From Gammaproteobacteria bacterium (lineage in GTDB: Bacteria; Pseudomonadota; Gammaproteobacteria; DSM-19610), in assembly GCA_011321775.1 (NCBI GenBank), contig DROT01000127.1, positions 1,144 to 65,143 of the forward strand: DNA of 64,000 nt, given 5' to 3'. The translations under genes and the position numbers were made by a program. Below the pieces are notes generated by a model that was not told where the DNA came from, did not search any database, and saw nothing but the letters and a program-made list of their open reading frames with translations. This document shows positions 11,054 through 20,818 of this stretch, one piece after another (the stretch's first letter is position 1; every line of letters starts with the position of its first letter).

Positions 11054-11466
11054 AGATACTTGCGCCAGTACTCCGGTCGTTCGTCGCGGCAGCCATGGGT
11101 CTTGCAACGGTAGCAGCGCATGAAGATGTCGCGCGTGTTCTGCTCGCGCCCGTGGCTGGAGGCCAGCGATTCCAGTTCGTTTTCTTCGGTGTAGTAGTAC
11201 AGGGCGCGCTTGAGCTTGGAAAGCAGGCTGTTGTCGAGGTGGAAGCCGAGTTCGAACAGCAGCGCTTCGATGACCCGCAGGCAGATGTGGCGCAGGTCGT
11301 AGCGGACGTGCACGCTGTTGCGCGACAGGTCGGGAATGGCGGCGCTGAGGATACCTTCCACATCGGACAGCAGCAGCATGGCGCTCCTGGCCTGTTGCGG
11401 GTCCGGGTGCGGATCGCGAAAGGCGATTTCCCGTTGCTTGATCGGGTCCGGCTGGAGTCGTTCCAT
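11050..11466 (-). CDS. Hypothetical protein (138 aa), possible HMA-like fold, C-terminal HGCRDERPEYWRKYL
   Basis: Clean ORF in the prmC operon direction with protein-like composition. The stop codon lies in the MITE terminal repeat. Confidence 0.75.
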   Translation of the reverse strand: MERLQPDPIKQREIAFRDPHPDPQQARSAMLLLSDVEGILSAAIPDLSRNSVHVRYDLRHICLRVIEALLFELGFHLDNSLLSKLKRALYYYTEENELESLASSHGREQNTRDIFMRCYRCKTHGCRDERPEYWRKYL

Positions 11467-11509
11467 GACCAAATCCTATACGAAAATCAGGGGTGCGGCG
11501 AGCCGTGCC

Positions 11510-12373
11510 TCAGAGGGCGGCTCGTGCTCGCGTCACGCGCTCCAGTCCGGCCAGGTCCCGGATGGTGGAGATTTCCGTAAAAGCACCATCCTTCATGAGG
11601 TTGCGAACAGCTTCCCCCTGATCCAGTCCGTGTTCGAGGAGTATCCAGGCGCCTGGTTTCAGTACCCGCGGCGCCGTCGCCACGAGGGTGCGGATGGCGT
11701 CGAGACCGTCGTCGCCGGCGCTCAGTGCGGCGCGGGGTTCGCGAGCCACGTCCCCTTGGCGCAGGTGGGGATCCTGACAGGGAATGTAAGGGGGATTGGA
11801 AACCAGGGCATCGAGCGAATCGTCGGCCAGTGGCTCACACCAGTCTCCCCGGACCAGCAGCAGGTTGGGCAGGGCGAACCGGCTGCGGTTGGCGGCAGCC
11901 ACGGCCAGGCAGTCGGCGGAACGATCGCTTGCGATCAGCTGCCAGCCCGGCCGTTCGTGCGCCAGCGCCAGGGCGATGGCGCCGCTGCCGGTGCCGAGGT
12001 CGGCGATCACCGACCTCGCGCCGGCGGGCACCAGGGCCAGCGTCTGTTCCACCAGCAGTTCCGTCTCCGGACGCGGGATCAGGGTGGCCGCCGTGACTTC
12101 GAGATCCAGCGACCAGAACTCGCGCCGGCCGGTCAGATAGGCGACCGGCTGCCCCTGCACCCGCTGGTCGACCAGGCGGTCAAAGCGCCGGTATTGGTCT
12201 GCATCCAGAAGGGACTCCGGCCAGGCATGCAGGTGGCTACGCGCTTTGCCGAGTACGTGTGCCAGCAGCACTTCCGCTTCCAGGCGTGGCTGCATCTGGT
12301 CTCGCAGCCGCCGGCTGGCCTGTTCCAGCGCCTGCGCAATGGTGAGCTGCGTCCGCACGGGATCCTGGCGCAT
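11510..12373 (-). CDS. prmC: Release factor glutamine methyltransferase
   Basis: TLIPRPETE, DLGTGSGAIA, SNPPY. Follows prfA. Confidence 0.96.
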   Translation of the reverse strand: MRQDPVRTQLTIAQALEQASRRLRDQMQPRLEAEVLLAHVLGKARSHLHAWPESLLDADQYRRFDRLVDQRVQGQPVAYLTGRREFWSLDLEVTAATLIPRPETELLVEQTLALVPAGARSVIADLGTGSGAIALALAHERPGWQLIASDRSADCLAVAAANRSRFALPNLLLVRGDWCEPLADDSLDALVSNPPYIPCQDPHLRQGDVAREPRAALSAGDDGLDAIRTLVATAPRVLKPGAWILLEHGLDQGEAVRNLMKDGAFTEISTIRDLAGLERVTRARAAL

Positions 12374-12389
12374 CGCAGGGTGCCTGTCC

Positions 12390-13481
12390 TCAGGCCTCCG
12401 CGCCTCCCAGAGAGGCCAGCCGTTCCGCCTGGTCCTCGGCGAGCAGCGGTTCGATGACCGCGTCCAGCCCCCCCTGCATGATTTCATCGAGCTTGTACAG
12501 GGTCAGATTGATGCGGTGATCGGTGAGGCGACCCTGGGGGAAGTTGTAGGTGCGGATGCGCTCGGAACGGTCACCGCTGCCGACCAGCCTGCGGCGGGTC
12601 TCCGACTCTTCACTGTGGCGTCTTTCTTCCTCGATGGCCTGCAGGCGCGATGCCAGTAGCGACAGGGCGCGGGCGCGGTTCTTGTGTTGCGAGCGTTCGT
12701 CCTGGCATTCCACCACGATGCCGCTGGGAAGGTGGGTGATGCGCACCGCCGAGTCGGTCTTGTTGACGTGCTGGCCGCCGGCGCCGGAGGCGCGGTAGGT
12801 GTCGATCTTGAGATCCGCCGGGTTGATGTCCACTGCATCCTGCTCATCGGCCTCGGGCAACACGGCAACCGTGGCCGCCGAGGTGTGGATGCGTCCCTGG
12901 GACTCGGTCTCCGGCACCCGCTGGACGCGGTGCACCCCGGATTCGAACTTGAGCCGGGCGTAGACGTCGCGTCCGCTGATGCGGGCGATGATCTCCTTGT
13001 AGCCGCCGTGTTCGCCTTCGCTGGCGCTGAGGATCTCGACGTTCCAGCCACGGTTCTCGGCATAGCGCGAATACATGCGAAACAGGTCGCCGGCGAAGAT
13101 GGCCGCCTCGTCACCGCCGGTGCCGGCGCGGATTTCGAGATAGACGTTCTTGTCGTCGTCGGGATCGCGCGGCAACAGGTGTTTCTGCAGCTGCAGTTCC
13201 AGTTGTCTGCGGCGTTCACGGATCTGTTCCAGTTCCTCGGCGGCCATGGACCGGAGTTCCGGGTCCGGATCCTGCAGCAGTTCCTCGGCGGCCTGCTCCT
13301 CCTCCCGGGCCCGCTGCAGCGCCTCGAAACATTCCACCACCGGGTGCAGCTGGGCGTATTCCACCGACAGCTGGCGGAAGCGATCGCTGTCGGCAATCAC
13401 GTCCGCATCGGACAGCAGGGCGCTGACCTCGAGCGCACGCTCGACGATACCTTCCAGCTTGCGTTCCACGGAGGGGTTCAC
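12390..13481 (-). CDS. prfA: Peptide chain release factor 1
   Basis: [13 protein letters not shown] (PxT), [24 protein letters not shown]. Confidence 0.98.
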   Translation of the reverse strand: MNPSVERKLEGIVERALEVSALLSDADVIADSDRFRQLSVEYAQLHPVVECFEALQRAREEEQAAEELLQDPDPELRSMAAEELEQIRERRRQLELQLQKHLLPRDPDDDKNVYLEIRAGTGGDEAAIFAGDLFRMYSRYAENRGWNVEILSASEGEHGGYKEIIARISGRDVYARLKFESGVHRVQRVPETESQGRIHTSAATVAVLPEADEQDAVDINPADLKIDTYRASGAGGQHVNKTDSAVRITHLPSGIVVECQDERSQHKNRARALSLLASRLQAIEEERRHSEESETRRRLVGSGDRSERIRTYNFPQGRLTDHRINLTLYKLDEIMQGGLDAVIEPLLAEDQAERLASLGGAEA

Positions 13482-13482
13482 C

Positions 13483-14742
13483 TCAGTCCCCCCGGTTCAG
13501 GTTGAACAGTTCCTGCGCCGCCAGCAGCAGTTCGGTGTTGCCGCATTCCGCCGCCTGGCGTATCTGCACGCTGGGATCGTGGATCAGCTTGTTGGTGAGC
13601 GTATGCGCGAGGAACTCGATCACCTGCTGCGGCTCCTTGCCGCCGGCCAGCATCTGCCGGGCCTTGGCCAGCACCTCCTGGCGCCGGTGCTCGGCCTGCC
13701 TGCGCAGTTCGCGTATGGTCGCCACGCCGTCCTGGGCCCGCAGCCAGGCCATGAAGCGCTCCACCTGGACATCGATGATCTCCTCGGCCTGACGGGCCGC
13801 CTGCTCACGGGATTTCAGATTTTCCTGGATGACTTCCTGCAGGTCGTCCACCGTATAGAGGTAGATGTCCTCCAGTTCGCCGACCGCGGCGTCGATATCG
13901 CGGGGCACGGCGATGTCGACCATGAACACCGGCCGGTGCTTGCGTCCCCTGAGTGCCTTCTCCACCATCGGCTTGTCGAGCAACGGTTCGATGGCACCGG
14001 TGGCGGAGATGACGATGTCGGCCTCGGCCAGGTGCGCCGGGATCTCGTCGAGCCCGATGCCATAGCCGTTGAAACCTGCGGCCAGGCAGTGGGCGCGCTC
14101 CAGGGTGCGGTTGGCGACCACCAGTCGCCCCAGGCCCTGTTCGCTCAGGTGGCGCGCCGTCAGCTCGATGGTCTCGCCGGCACCGATCAGCAGCGCGGTC
14201 TGTCGTTTGAACTCGCCGAAGATCTGCTTGGCGAGACTGACCGCGGCGAAGGCCACCGATACCGGGCTTTCGCCGATGGCCGTGTCGGTGCGAATCCGCT
14301 TGGCCGTCGAAAAGGTGTGCTGGAACAGGCGCCCCAGGCGTGCATTGATGGTTCCCGCATCGCTGGCGGCCTGGTAGGCCCCTTTCATCTGCCCCAGGAT
14401 CTGGGGTTCCCCCAGGATCATCGAGTCCAGTCCGCCGGCGACGCGCAGCAGGTGACGCACGGCTTCTTCGTCCGGGTAACGGTACAGGTGGGGATGAATC
14501 AGTTCCGGTTCCAGCTGATGAAAGCGCGCCAGCCAGCGGCTGACGGTGTGCGGTTCGCTGTCCTGCAGGTCGCAGTAGACCTCGGTACGGTTGCAGGTCG
14601 AGAGGATGGCCGCCTCGCTCACGCCCGGCAGGGAGGCGAGGTCGCGCAGCGCCTCGGCCATGCGCTCGCTGCTGATAGCCACCCGTTCCCGCAGTTCGAC
14701 GGGCGCGGTGCGGTGATTGATGCCGAGCGCGATCAGGGACAT
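13483..14742 (-). CDS. hemA: Glutamyl-tRNA reductase
   Basis: [41 protein letters not shown]. Confidence 0.98.
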   Translation of the reverse strand: MSLIALGINHRTAPVELRERVAISSERMAEALRDLASLPGVSEAAILSTCNRTEVYCDLQDSEPHTVSRWLARFHQLEPELIHPHLYRYPDEEAVRHLLRVAGGLDSMILGEPQILGQMKGAYQAASDAGTINARLGRLFQHTFSTAKRIRTDTAIGESPVSVAFAAVSLAKQIFGEFKRQTALLIGAGETIELTARHLSEQGLGRLVVANRTLERAHCLAAGFNGYGIGLDEIPAHLAEADIVISATGAIEPLLDKPMVEKALRGRKHRPVFMVDIAVPRDIDAAVGELEDIYLYTVDDLQEVIQENLKSREQAARQAEEIIDVQVERFMAWLRAQDGVATIRELRRQAEHRRQEVLAKARQMLAGGKEPQQVIEFLAHTLTNKLIHDPSVQIRQAAECGNTELLLAAQELFNLNRGD

Positions 14743-14911
14743 AAACAGGCGTTTATAATGCGGAAACAGGAAATTCTGAGGTATGGACGCAGGGAATACA
14801 AGCAACCGTGGCAGCGCTACTGTAGCTTGCGAAAAGTTTGCCGTATAGTGACGCGATCATTTAACGGTGGACTCAATACCGCACAATATGATTGGTTTTA
14901 GACGCAATGCC

Positions 14912-16672
14912 GTGAAACTTCGTGTTTCACTGGGGGTGGTGGTCGTACTCGGGCTGGCTGCCTGCAGCCGCCCCGTCACCCGACCCCAGCCGCCGCAGGA
15001 GCCCGCGGCCGTCGTCCAGCCGGCGCGACCGGAAGCTCCGTTGACCGGCAAGGCGGTGCCGCCCGCGCCGGAGGCCAAAAAGGATCAGCTCACCGCGCCC
15101 CTGCTCTATGACGTGTTGCTGGGCGAGATTGCCGGCCAGCGCGGCAAGCTGGGCGTTTCCGGTGCCGCCTACCTGGAGGCCGCCAGGATGAGCGACGATC
15201 CCCGCGTCGCCGAGCGTGCGCTCAAGATCGCCATCTATGGCAACCAGTTGCAGACGGCCTTGCAGGCGGCCCGCCGCTGGGTTGAACTGGCACCGGAGAA
15301 TCTGGAAGCCCGCCAGACGCTGGCCATCCTGGCATTGCGGAACGGCCAGCGCGACGAAGCGCTGAAAAATTTCCGCTACCTGTTGAAGCAAAGCCAGGGT
15401 ACGGGAAAGAGCAGTCCCTATACCGGCATCCTGGTGATGCTGGCGCGCGAGCCCGACAAGCAGGCGGCACTGGAAGTGATGGATCAGCTGGCCGCCCTGC
15501 GCCCCGAGGACCCCGAGGCGCATTTCGCCTATGCCCGCCTGGCCGTGCATGCGAGCAAGTGGTCGCTGGCGCAGCGCGAAGTCGACCGTGCCCTGCAGTT
15601 GCATCCGGGCTGGACCGAGGCCCTGATCCTGCGTGCCCAGATTGCACTCAAGCAGGGCAACGGCCAGCTCGCCCGGCGACAACTGGAAGAGGCACTGAAA
15701 AAACGTCCGGACGACGCCGATCTGCGGCTCGCCTACGCGCGCCTGCTGGTGGACCTGGAGGATTTCGATGCAGCCCGTACCCAGTATCGCAAGCTGGAAA
15801 GGCTGCAGCCGCGCAACGGTCAGGTGATCTATTCGCTGGCACTGCTGGCGCTGGAAGCCGGCCAGCTGGACGAGGCGCGCAAGTTTTTCGAGAAGCTGGT
15901 CAAGCTGGATTACCAGACGCAGCAGGCCTATTACTACCTCGGCGCCATTGCGGAGGAACAGAAGAAGGACCGGCGTGCCATGGAGTGGTATGGCAAGGTC
16001 GGCGAAGGGGATCACTGGCTCGAGGTGCAGATACGCCTGGCGGTGCTCGAAGCCAGGGCGGGTGATCTGGCTGTCGCGCGCGAGCGTCTGCACAAGCTGC
16101 GCCTGAGCCATCCGGAACAGGCGCAGCGGCTGTTCCTGGTGGAGGGAGACATCCTGGCCCAGAACGGTCACGAACAGGAAGCCTTCGACCTCTACACCCA
16201 CTATCTCGAGATGCACCCGGACGACATCGAGGTGTTGTATGCCCGCGCCCTCATTGCCGAGCGTCTCGACCGCCTGGCGGTCGCGGAGAGCGATTTTCGC
16301 AGGATCCTGAAGATCGATCCCGGTAATGTGCGCACGCTGAATGCCCTGGGCTATACCCTCGCAGACCGTACCGATCGTTACCGGGAGGCGCTGGGCTATA
16401 TCGAGAAGGCGTTTGCGAAGACGCCGGACGATCCGGCGGTCATCGACAGCATGGGCTGGGTACTGTACCGCCTCGGGCGTCTGCAGGAAGCCCGGGAGCT
16501 GTTGCAGAGCGCCTACGAAATGACCGGCGACGGCGAGATCGCCGCTCACCTCATCCAGGTGATGTGGGCCATGGGGGACAAGGATGCCGCACGCGCGCTG
16601 TGGAAGGAGGCCAGCAAGAAGCAGCCGGGCCACAAGGTACTCGAGGAGACGGCCCGGCGCCTGTCGCTCTGA
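14912..16672 (+). CDS. TPR-repeat lipoprotein (Pseudomonas PA4667/LbcA-like)
   Basis: Lipobox LAAC after GTG 14912, many TPRs, LNALGYTLADRT...DSMGWV. Sits between hemA and lolB. ATG 14888 is an alternative start. Confidence 0.88.
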   Translation: MKLRVSLGVVVVLGLAACSRPVTRPQPPQEPAAVVQPARPEAPLTGKAVPPAPEAKKDQLTAPLLYDVLLGEIAGQRGKLGVSGAAYLEAARMSDDPRVAERALKIAIYGNQLQTALQAARRWVELAPENLEARQTLAILALRNGQRDEALKNFRYLLKQSQGTGKSSPYTGILVMLAREPDKQAALEVMDQLAALRPEDPEAHFAYARLAVHASKWSLAQREVDRALQLHPGWTEALILRAQIALKQGNGQLARRQLEEALKKRPDDADLRLAYARLLVDLEDFDAARTQYRKLERLQPRNGQVIYSLALLALEAGQLDEARKFFEKLVKLDYQTQQAYYYLGAIAEEQKKDRRAMEWYGKVGEGDHWLEVQIRLAVLEARAGDLAVARERLHKLRLSHPEQAQRLFLVEGDILAQNGHEQEAFDLYTHYLEMHPDDIEVLYARALIAERLDRLAVAESDFRRILKIDPGNVRTLNALGYTLADRTDRYREALGYIEKAFAKTPDDPAVIDSMGWVLYRLGRLQEARELLQSAYEMTGDGEIAAHLIQVMWAMGDKDAARALWKEASKKQPGHKVLEETARRLSL

Positions 16673-17280
16673 TGAGAGGCCGGAGCGGTGCTGGGCTTGT
16701 CGGGTGCCTGCTGCTGGGTGCCCTGCTCGGTGGTTGCGCCACTGCCCCGACGACGGTGCCACCGGCTCCCGAAGCAACATGGCAGGCGCACCGCGCAGCC
16801 GTCGCCGCGCTGCAGCACTGGCAGGCGCGGGGGCGGATCGCGGTTCGCGCCGGCGAGGAAGGCTGGAATGCCGCCTTCGACTGGCAGCAGCGGGGCGATA
16901 GTTACCTTGTCCGCCTGCGCGGCCCCTTTGGCCAGGGGGGGGTGGAACTGCGCGGTGATCCGAGAGGTGTGTGGCTGCGGCGTAACGGGCATCCCCCCGT
17001 GTTCGCGACCGACCCCGAAACCCTGCTCGTGCAACAGACCGGCTGGCGTCTGCCGCTTTCCGGTCTGGGCGCCTGGCTGAAGGGGATGCCGGAAAGAGGG
17101 CAGGATCGCGAGCTGCAGTGGGACTCCGGGGGGCGCCTTCTGCGCCTGCAGCAGCGCGGCTGGCACATCGACTATCAAGGCTACGGTCGCATCGACGGCG
17201 TCGACCTGCCGCGCAAGCTGAAGTTGAAGCGGGACAGCCTCGAGGTACGGCTGGTCATCGACCGCTGGCAGGTTTCGTGA
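16672..17280 (+). CDS. lolB: Outer-membrane lipoprotein insertase LolB
   Basis: Lipobox LLGGC, WQARGRIAV, LRGPFGQG, GWRLPLSGLGAWLKG, LP.KL.L. Confidence 0.93.
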   Translation: MRGRSGAGLVGCLLLGALLGGCATAPTTVPPAPEATWQAHRAAVAALQHWQARGRIAVRAGEEGWNAAFDWQQRGDSYLVRLRGPFGQGGVELRGDPRGVWLRRNGHPPVFATDPETLLVQQTGWRLPLSGLGAWLKGMPERGQDRELQWDSGGRLLRLQQRGWHIDYQGYGRIDGVDLPRKLKLKRDSLEVRLVIDRWQVS

Positions 17281-18128
17281 ACAGCAGCACCGCCACCGCC
17301 TGGCCGGCACCGGCCAAGCTCAATCTCTTCCTGCAGGTGACCGGTCGCCGCGCGGACGGTTACCATGAACTGCAGACGGCGTTCCAGTTCCTCGACTACG
17401 GAGATCAGCTGTGGTTCGCGGAGGCACCGGCGGACAGCATCCATCTGGAAGGCGGTTTGCCGGGGCTGGCGCCGGAGCAGGATCTCATCGTGCGTGCGGC
17501 CAGACTGCTGGCGGCGGCGGCGGGGGTGCGCCGCGGCGCCCGTATCCGGGTGCGAAAGCGGATACCCGCCGGCGGCGGGCTCGGCGGCGGCAGCTCCGAT
17601 GCGGCCACCACGCTGGTGGCGTTGAATGCGTTGTGGAAGCTCGGTCTGGACAGGGCGGACCTGGCCCGCCTGGGATTGCAGCTGGGCGCGGACGTGCCGG
17701 TGTTCGTGCACGGGCGGGCGGCCTGGGCGGAAGGAATCGGCGAGCAGCTGATCCCGCTGGAGCAGCTGGAGGAACCCTGGTACCTCGTCATACATCCCGC
17801 GGTAAGCGTTTCAACCGCAGAGATTTTTTCCGCCCCCGAATTGACACGTAACGCCCCGCCCCTCAAAATACCCGCTTTTCTCTCGGGTGCGGGTGACAAC
17901 AGTCTCGAGGCCGTGGTCGTCGGCCGCTATCCGGAGGTGGGCAAGGCGCTGAACTGGCTGGGAAAACATCGACCGGCGCGGATGACGGGGAGCGGTGCCT
18001 GCGTGTTTGCCGCCTGCGAGGATCGGCGCCAGGCCGAAGTCCTGTTGCAACAGCTGCCTCCGCCCTGGAGCGGTTTCGTGGCGCGGGGCCGCAACCGCTC
18101 GCCGTTGCTGGAGCGGAAGGACATCTAG
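17277..18128 (+). CDS. ispE: 4-diphosphocytidyl-2-C-methyl-D-erythritol kinase
   Basis: PAPAKLNLFL, GYHELQT, KRIPAGGGLGGGSSDAA, LGADVP, MTGSGACVF. Confidence 0.97.
   Translation: MNSSTATAWPAPAKLNLFLQVTGRRADGYHELQTAFQFLDYGDQLWFAEAPADSIHLEGGLPGLAPEQDLIVRAARLLAAAAGVRRGARIRVRKRIPAGGGLGGGSSDAATTLVALNALWKLGLDRADLARLGLQLGADVPVFVHGRAAWAEGIGEQLIPLEQLEEPWYLVIHPAVSVSTAEIFSAPELTRNAPPLKIPAFLSGAGDNSLEAVVVGRYPEVGKALNWLGKHRPARMTGSGACVFAACEDRRQAEVLLQQLPPPWSGFVARGRNRSPLLERKDI
17841..17869 (+). promoter_or_regulatory. Candidate sigma70 promoter inside ispE for tRNA-Gln-prs-rplY
   Basis: TTGACA-N17-CAAAAT followed by a GC-rich discriminator-like sequence. Confidence 0.4.
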
Positions 18129-18133
18129 TTTTC

Positions 18134-18208
18134 TGGGGCGTCGCCAAGCGGTAAGGCACTGGGTTTTGATCTCAGCATACGCAGGTTCGAATCCTGCCGC
18201 CCCAGCCA
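18134..18208 (+). tRNA. tRNA-Gln (TTG)
   Basis: TGGGGCG/CGCCCCA acceptor stem, anticodon arm CTGGG-TTTTGAT-CTCAG, GGTTCGAATCC, encoded CCA. Confidence 0.97.
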
Positions 18209-18407
18209 GAGTGAAAAGGGTGCTGGAGACACCGGTGTAGAGAAATCCACCGGGCGTTGTTCCGGGGCGGCAGGGTTCGAACCCCAAGGTTCGACAAATC
18301 CGCGTAGCGGATTTGAACGGCGAAGCCGGCCCCGAAGGGGCAAGGGGCGCAGCCCCGCAGTAATCCTGCCGCCCCCGCCAGAGTGGAAAAGGGTTCTGGA
18401 GACGCCG
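18190..18407 (+). repeat. tRNA-linked duplication: 46-bp direct repeat (tRNA 3' end plus trailer), period 172, enclosing a hairpin cassette
   Basis: 18190-18235 versus 18362-18407 differ by 2 substitutions and 2 single-base indels. Confidence 0.9.
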
Positions 18408-18442
18408 GGGCGGCTGGTCTGATCATATACGGGTAACAGAGC

Positions 18443-19417
18443 ATGCAACGCATTCCTCCATCGGATGCAGACAGTCGCCTCATGGTGTTCTCGGGCAACG
18501 CCAACCCGCCGTTGGCGCAGTCCATCGCCAACTATCTGCGCATGAATCTCGGCAAGGCCGTGATCAGCGAATTCAGCGATGGCGAGATCATGGTGGAGAT
18601 CATGGAGAACGTCCGCGGCCGGGACGTCTTCGTGGTGCAGCCGACCTGTGCGCCGACCAACAACAACCTCATGGAGTTGCTGGTCATGGTGGATGCGCTG
18701 AGGCGCGCTTCGGCCGGGCGTATCACCACTGTCATACCCTATTTCGGGTATGCGCGTCAGGACCGGCGACCGCGTTCCGCACGCGTGCCGATCACCGCCA
18801 AGGTGGTAGCCAAGATGATCAGTGACGTCGGTGCCGATCGCGCGCTGACGGTCGATCTGCACTCGGAGCAGATCCAGGGTTTCTTCGATGTGCCGGTGGA
18901 CAACGTGTATGCCTCGCCGATCCTGCTGGGCGACGTGTGGCGCCAGAAGTATCCGGATCTGATGGTGGTGTCGCCCGATGTGGGTGGCGTGGTTCGGGCA
19001 CGGGCGCTGGCGAAACGACTCGATGATGCCGACCTGGCCATCATCGACAAACGCCGTCCCAAGGCCAACGTCGCCAAGGTGATGCACATCATCGGCGAGG
19101 TGGAAGGACGCAGTTGTGTGCTGGTGGACGACCTGGTCGACACGGCCGGTACCCTGTGCCAGGCAGCGGCCGCGCTCAAGGAACACGGTGCGCGACGGGT
19201 GGTGGCCTATTGCACCCACCCGGTGCTGTCGGGCAATGCCATCAACAACATCAGTGATTCCGAGCTGGATGAACTGGTGGTGACGGATACCATCCCCTTG
19301 CGACCGGACGCGCAGGCCTGTACCCGCATCCGGCAGCTGAGTATTGCGGAGATGCTTGCGGAGGCGATTCGTCGCATCAGCAACGAGGAATCCGTCAGTT
19401 CGATGTTCATGGACTAG
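18443..19417 (+). CDS. prs: Ribose-phosphate pyrophosphokinase
   Basis: [49 protein letters not shown]. Confidence 0.98.
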   Translation: MQRIPPSDADSRLMVFSGNANPPLAQSIANYLRMNLGKAVISEFSDGEIMVEIMENVRGRDVFVVQPTCAPTNNNLMELLVMVDALRRASAGRITTVIPYFGYARQDRRPRSARVPITAKVVAKMISDVGADRALTVDLHSEQIQGFFDVPVDNVYASPILLGDVWRQKYPDLMVVSPDVGGVVRARALAKRLDDADLAIIDKRRPKANVAKVMHIIGEVEGRSCVLVDDLVDTAGTLCQAAAALKEHGARRVVAYCTHPVLSGNAINNISDSELDELVVTDTIPLRPDAQACTRIRQLSIAEMLAEAIRRISNEESVSSMFMD

Positions 19418-19439
19418 GATCGCTCAGCCGGTCCGGTCG

Positions 19440-19554
19440 AAAGGGAGGCGGATCAGCGTCTCCCCCGCTTTTGCGGACCCGCCGTTTCAGGCGGGTCCGC
19501 CTGGTCTCCCTTGGTCGCGAGGGAGTTTTTTGTGCAACACTGGAGTAGTACGTC
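19440..19554 (+). promoter_or_regulatory. Probable rplY (L25) structured leader
   Basis: Stacked hairpins gcggacccgcc/ggcgggtccgc and ctccct-tggtcgcg-agggag directly before rplY. L25 is known to autoregulate through its 5' UTR in gammaproteobacteria. Confidence 0.55.
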
Positions 19555-20190
19555 ATGTCTATATTTGAACTCGAAGCCGAGTCGCGTTCCGACACGGGGA
19601 AAGGTGCGAGCCGCCGCCTGCGTCGGACCGGCAAGATACCCGCCATCGTTTATGGCGGCGAGCAGGACCCGGAGGCGATCAGCCTCTCCCACAGCGAGAT
19701 CCTCAAGCGTCTGGACCACGAGGCCTTCTATTCGCATATCCTCACGCTGAGCGTGGACGGCAAGCAGACCAAGGCCGTGTTGCGCGACATGCAGCGCCAT
19801 CCGGCGAAGCCGATCATCATGCACATGGATTTCATGCGCGTGGACGAGAGCAAGCCGATCCGCGTGCACGTGCCACTGCATTTCGTCGGCGAGGACAAGG
19901 CGCCCGGTGCCAAGGCCGGTGGTCTGGTAACCCACGAGATGATCGAAGTGGAGCTGGACGTGCTGCCGAAGCATCTGCCGGAATACATCGAGGTGGATCT
20001 TTCCGGTCTGAATGTCGGCGAATCGCTGCACCTGAGTGACCTCAAGCTGCCGGAGAGCGGCGTCCTGGTGGAACTGGCGCGCGGCGAGGGGCACGATGCC
20101 GCGGTCGTTTCCATCCACGCACGTCGGGGCGCTGCCGCCACCGAAGGCGAGGAAGCCGAGGGCGGTGAGGAAGCCGCCGCCGAAGACTGA
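19555..20190 (+). CDS. rplY: 50S ribosomal protein L25/Ctc (long form)
   Basis: [38 protein letters not shown]. Confidence 0.97.
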   Translation: MSIFELEAESRSDTGKGASRRLRRTGKIPAIVYGGEQDPEAISLSHSEILKRLDHEAFYSHILTLSVDGKQTKAVLRDMQRHPAKPIIMHMDFMRVDESKPIRVHVPLHFVGEDKAPGAKAGGLVTHEMIEVELDVLPKHLPEYIEVDLSGLNVGESLHLSDLKLPESGVLVELARGEGHDAAVVSIHARRGAAATEGEEAEGGEEAAAED

Positions 20191-20201
20191 CGTCGCGGCG
20201 G

Positions 20202-20777
20202 GTGCCGTCGATCGAGCTCATTGTCGGCCTGGGCAATCCCGGACCGGAGTATGAACCAACCCGGCACAACGCCGGGTTTTGGTTTGTAGACCGGCTGGCG
20301 GAACATTGCCGGCAGACCTTCCGCAGCGAATCGCGATTCCGGAGCGAAGTGGCGCGATGCCGGCTGGATGACAGCGAATGCCGGCTGCAGAAGCCACAGA
20401 CTTTCATGAACCGCAGTGGCCAGGCGGTAGCGGCGCTGGCGCGTTTCTTCCGCATCGAAACGCCCCGGATCCTGGTGGTCCACGACGAGCTGGACCTGCC
20501 GCCGGGCACCATTCGCCTGAAGACGGGCGGTGGTCACGGGGGGCACAACGGTCTGCGCGATCTGATTGCCCACCTGGGGCGCGATTTCCATCGCCTGCGG
20601 ATCGGCATCGGGCACCCGGGGCATCGTGACGAGGTGGTGGACTATGTCCTGCACCGGCCGTCGAGACAGGATCGCAGCCTGATAGAGGCCTCGATCGAGG
20701 ATGCGCTGACGGTGATGCCCGAGGTGGTGGCCGGCCATTTCGAGCGCGCGATGAACCGCTTGCACGTTCGCAAGTAG
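20202..20777 (+). CDS. pth: Peptidyl-tRNA hydrolase
   Basis: LIVGLGNPG..Y..TRHNAGF, KPQTFMNRSG, HDELDL, GGHGGHNGL. Confidence 0.97.
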   Translation: MPSIELIVGLGNPGPEYEPTRHNAGFWFVDRLAEHCRQTFRSESRFRSEVARCRLDDSECRLQKPQTFMNRSGQAVAALARFFRIETPRILVVHDELDLPPGTIRLKTGGGHGGHNGLRDLIAHLGRDFHRLRIGIGHPGHRDEVVDYVLHRPSRQDRSLIEASIEDALTVMPEVVAGHFERAMNRLHVRK

Positions 20778-20818
20778 GAGTTGCCCCGCGGCACCATTTA
20801 TCTTGAAGGACTACCAGC

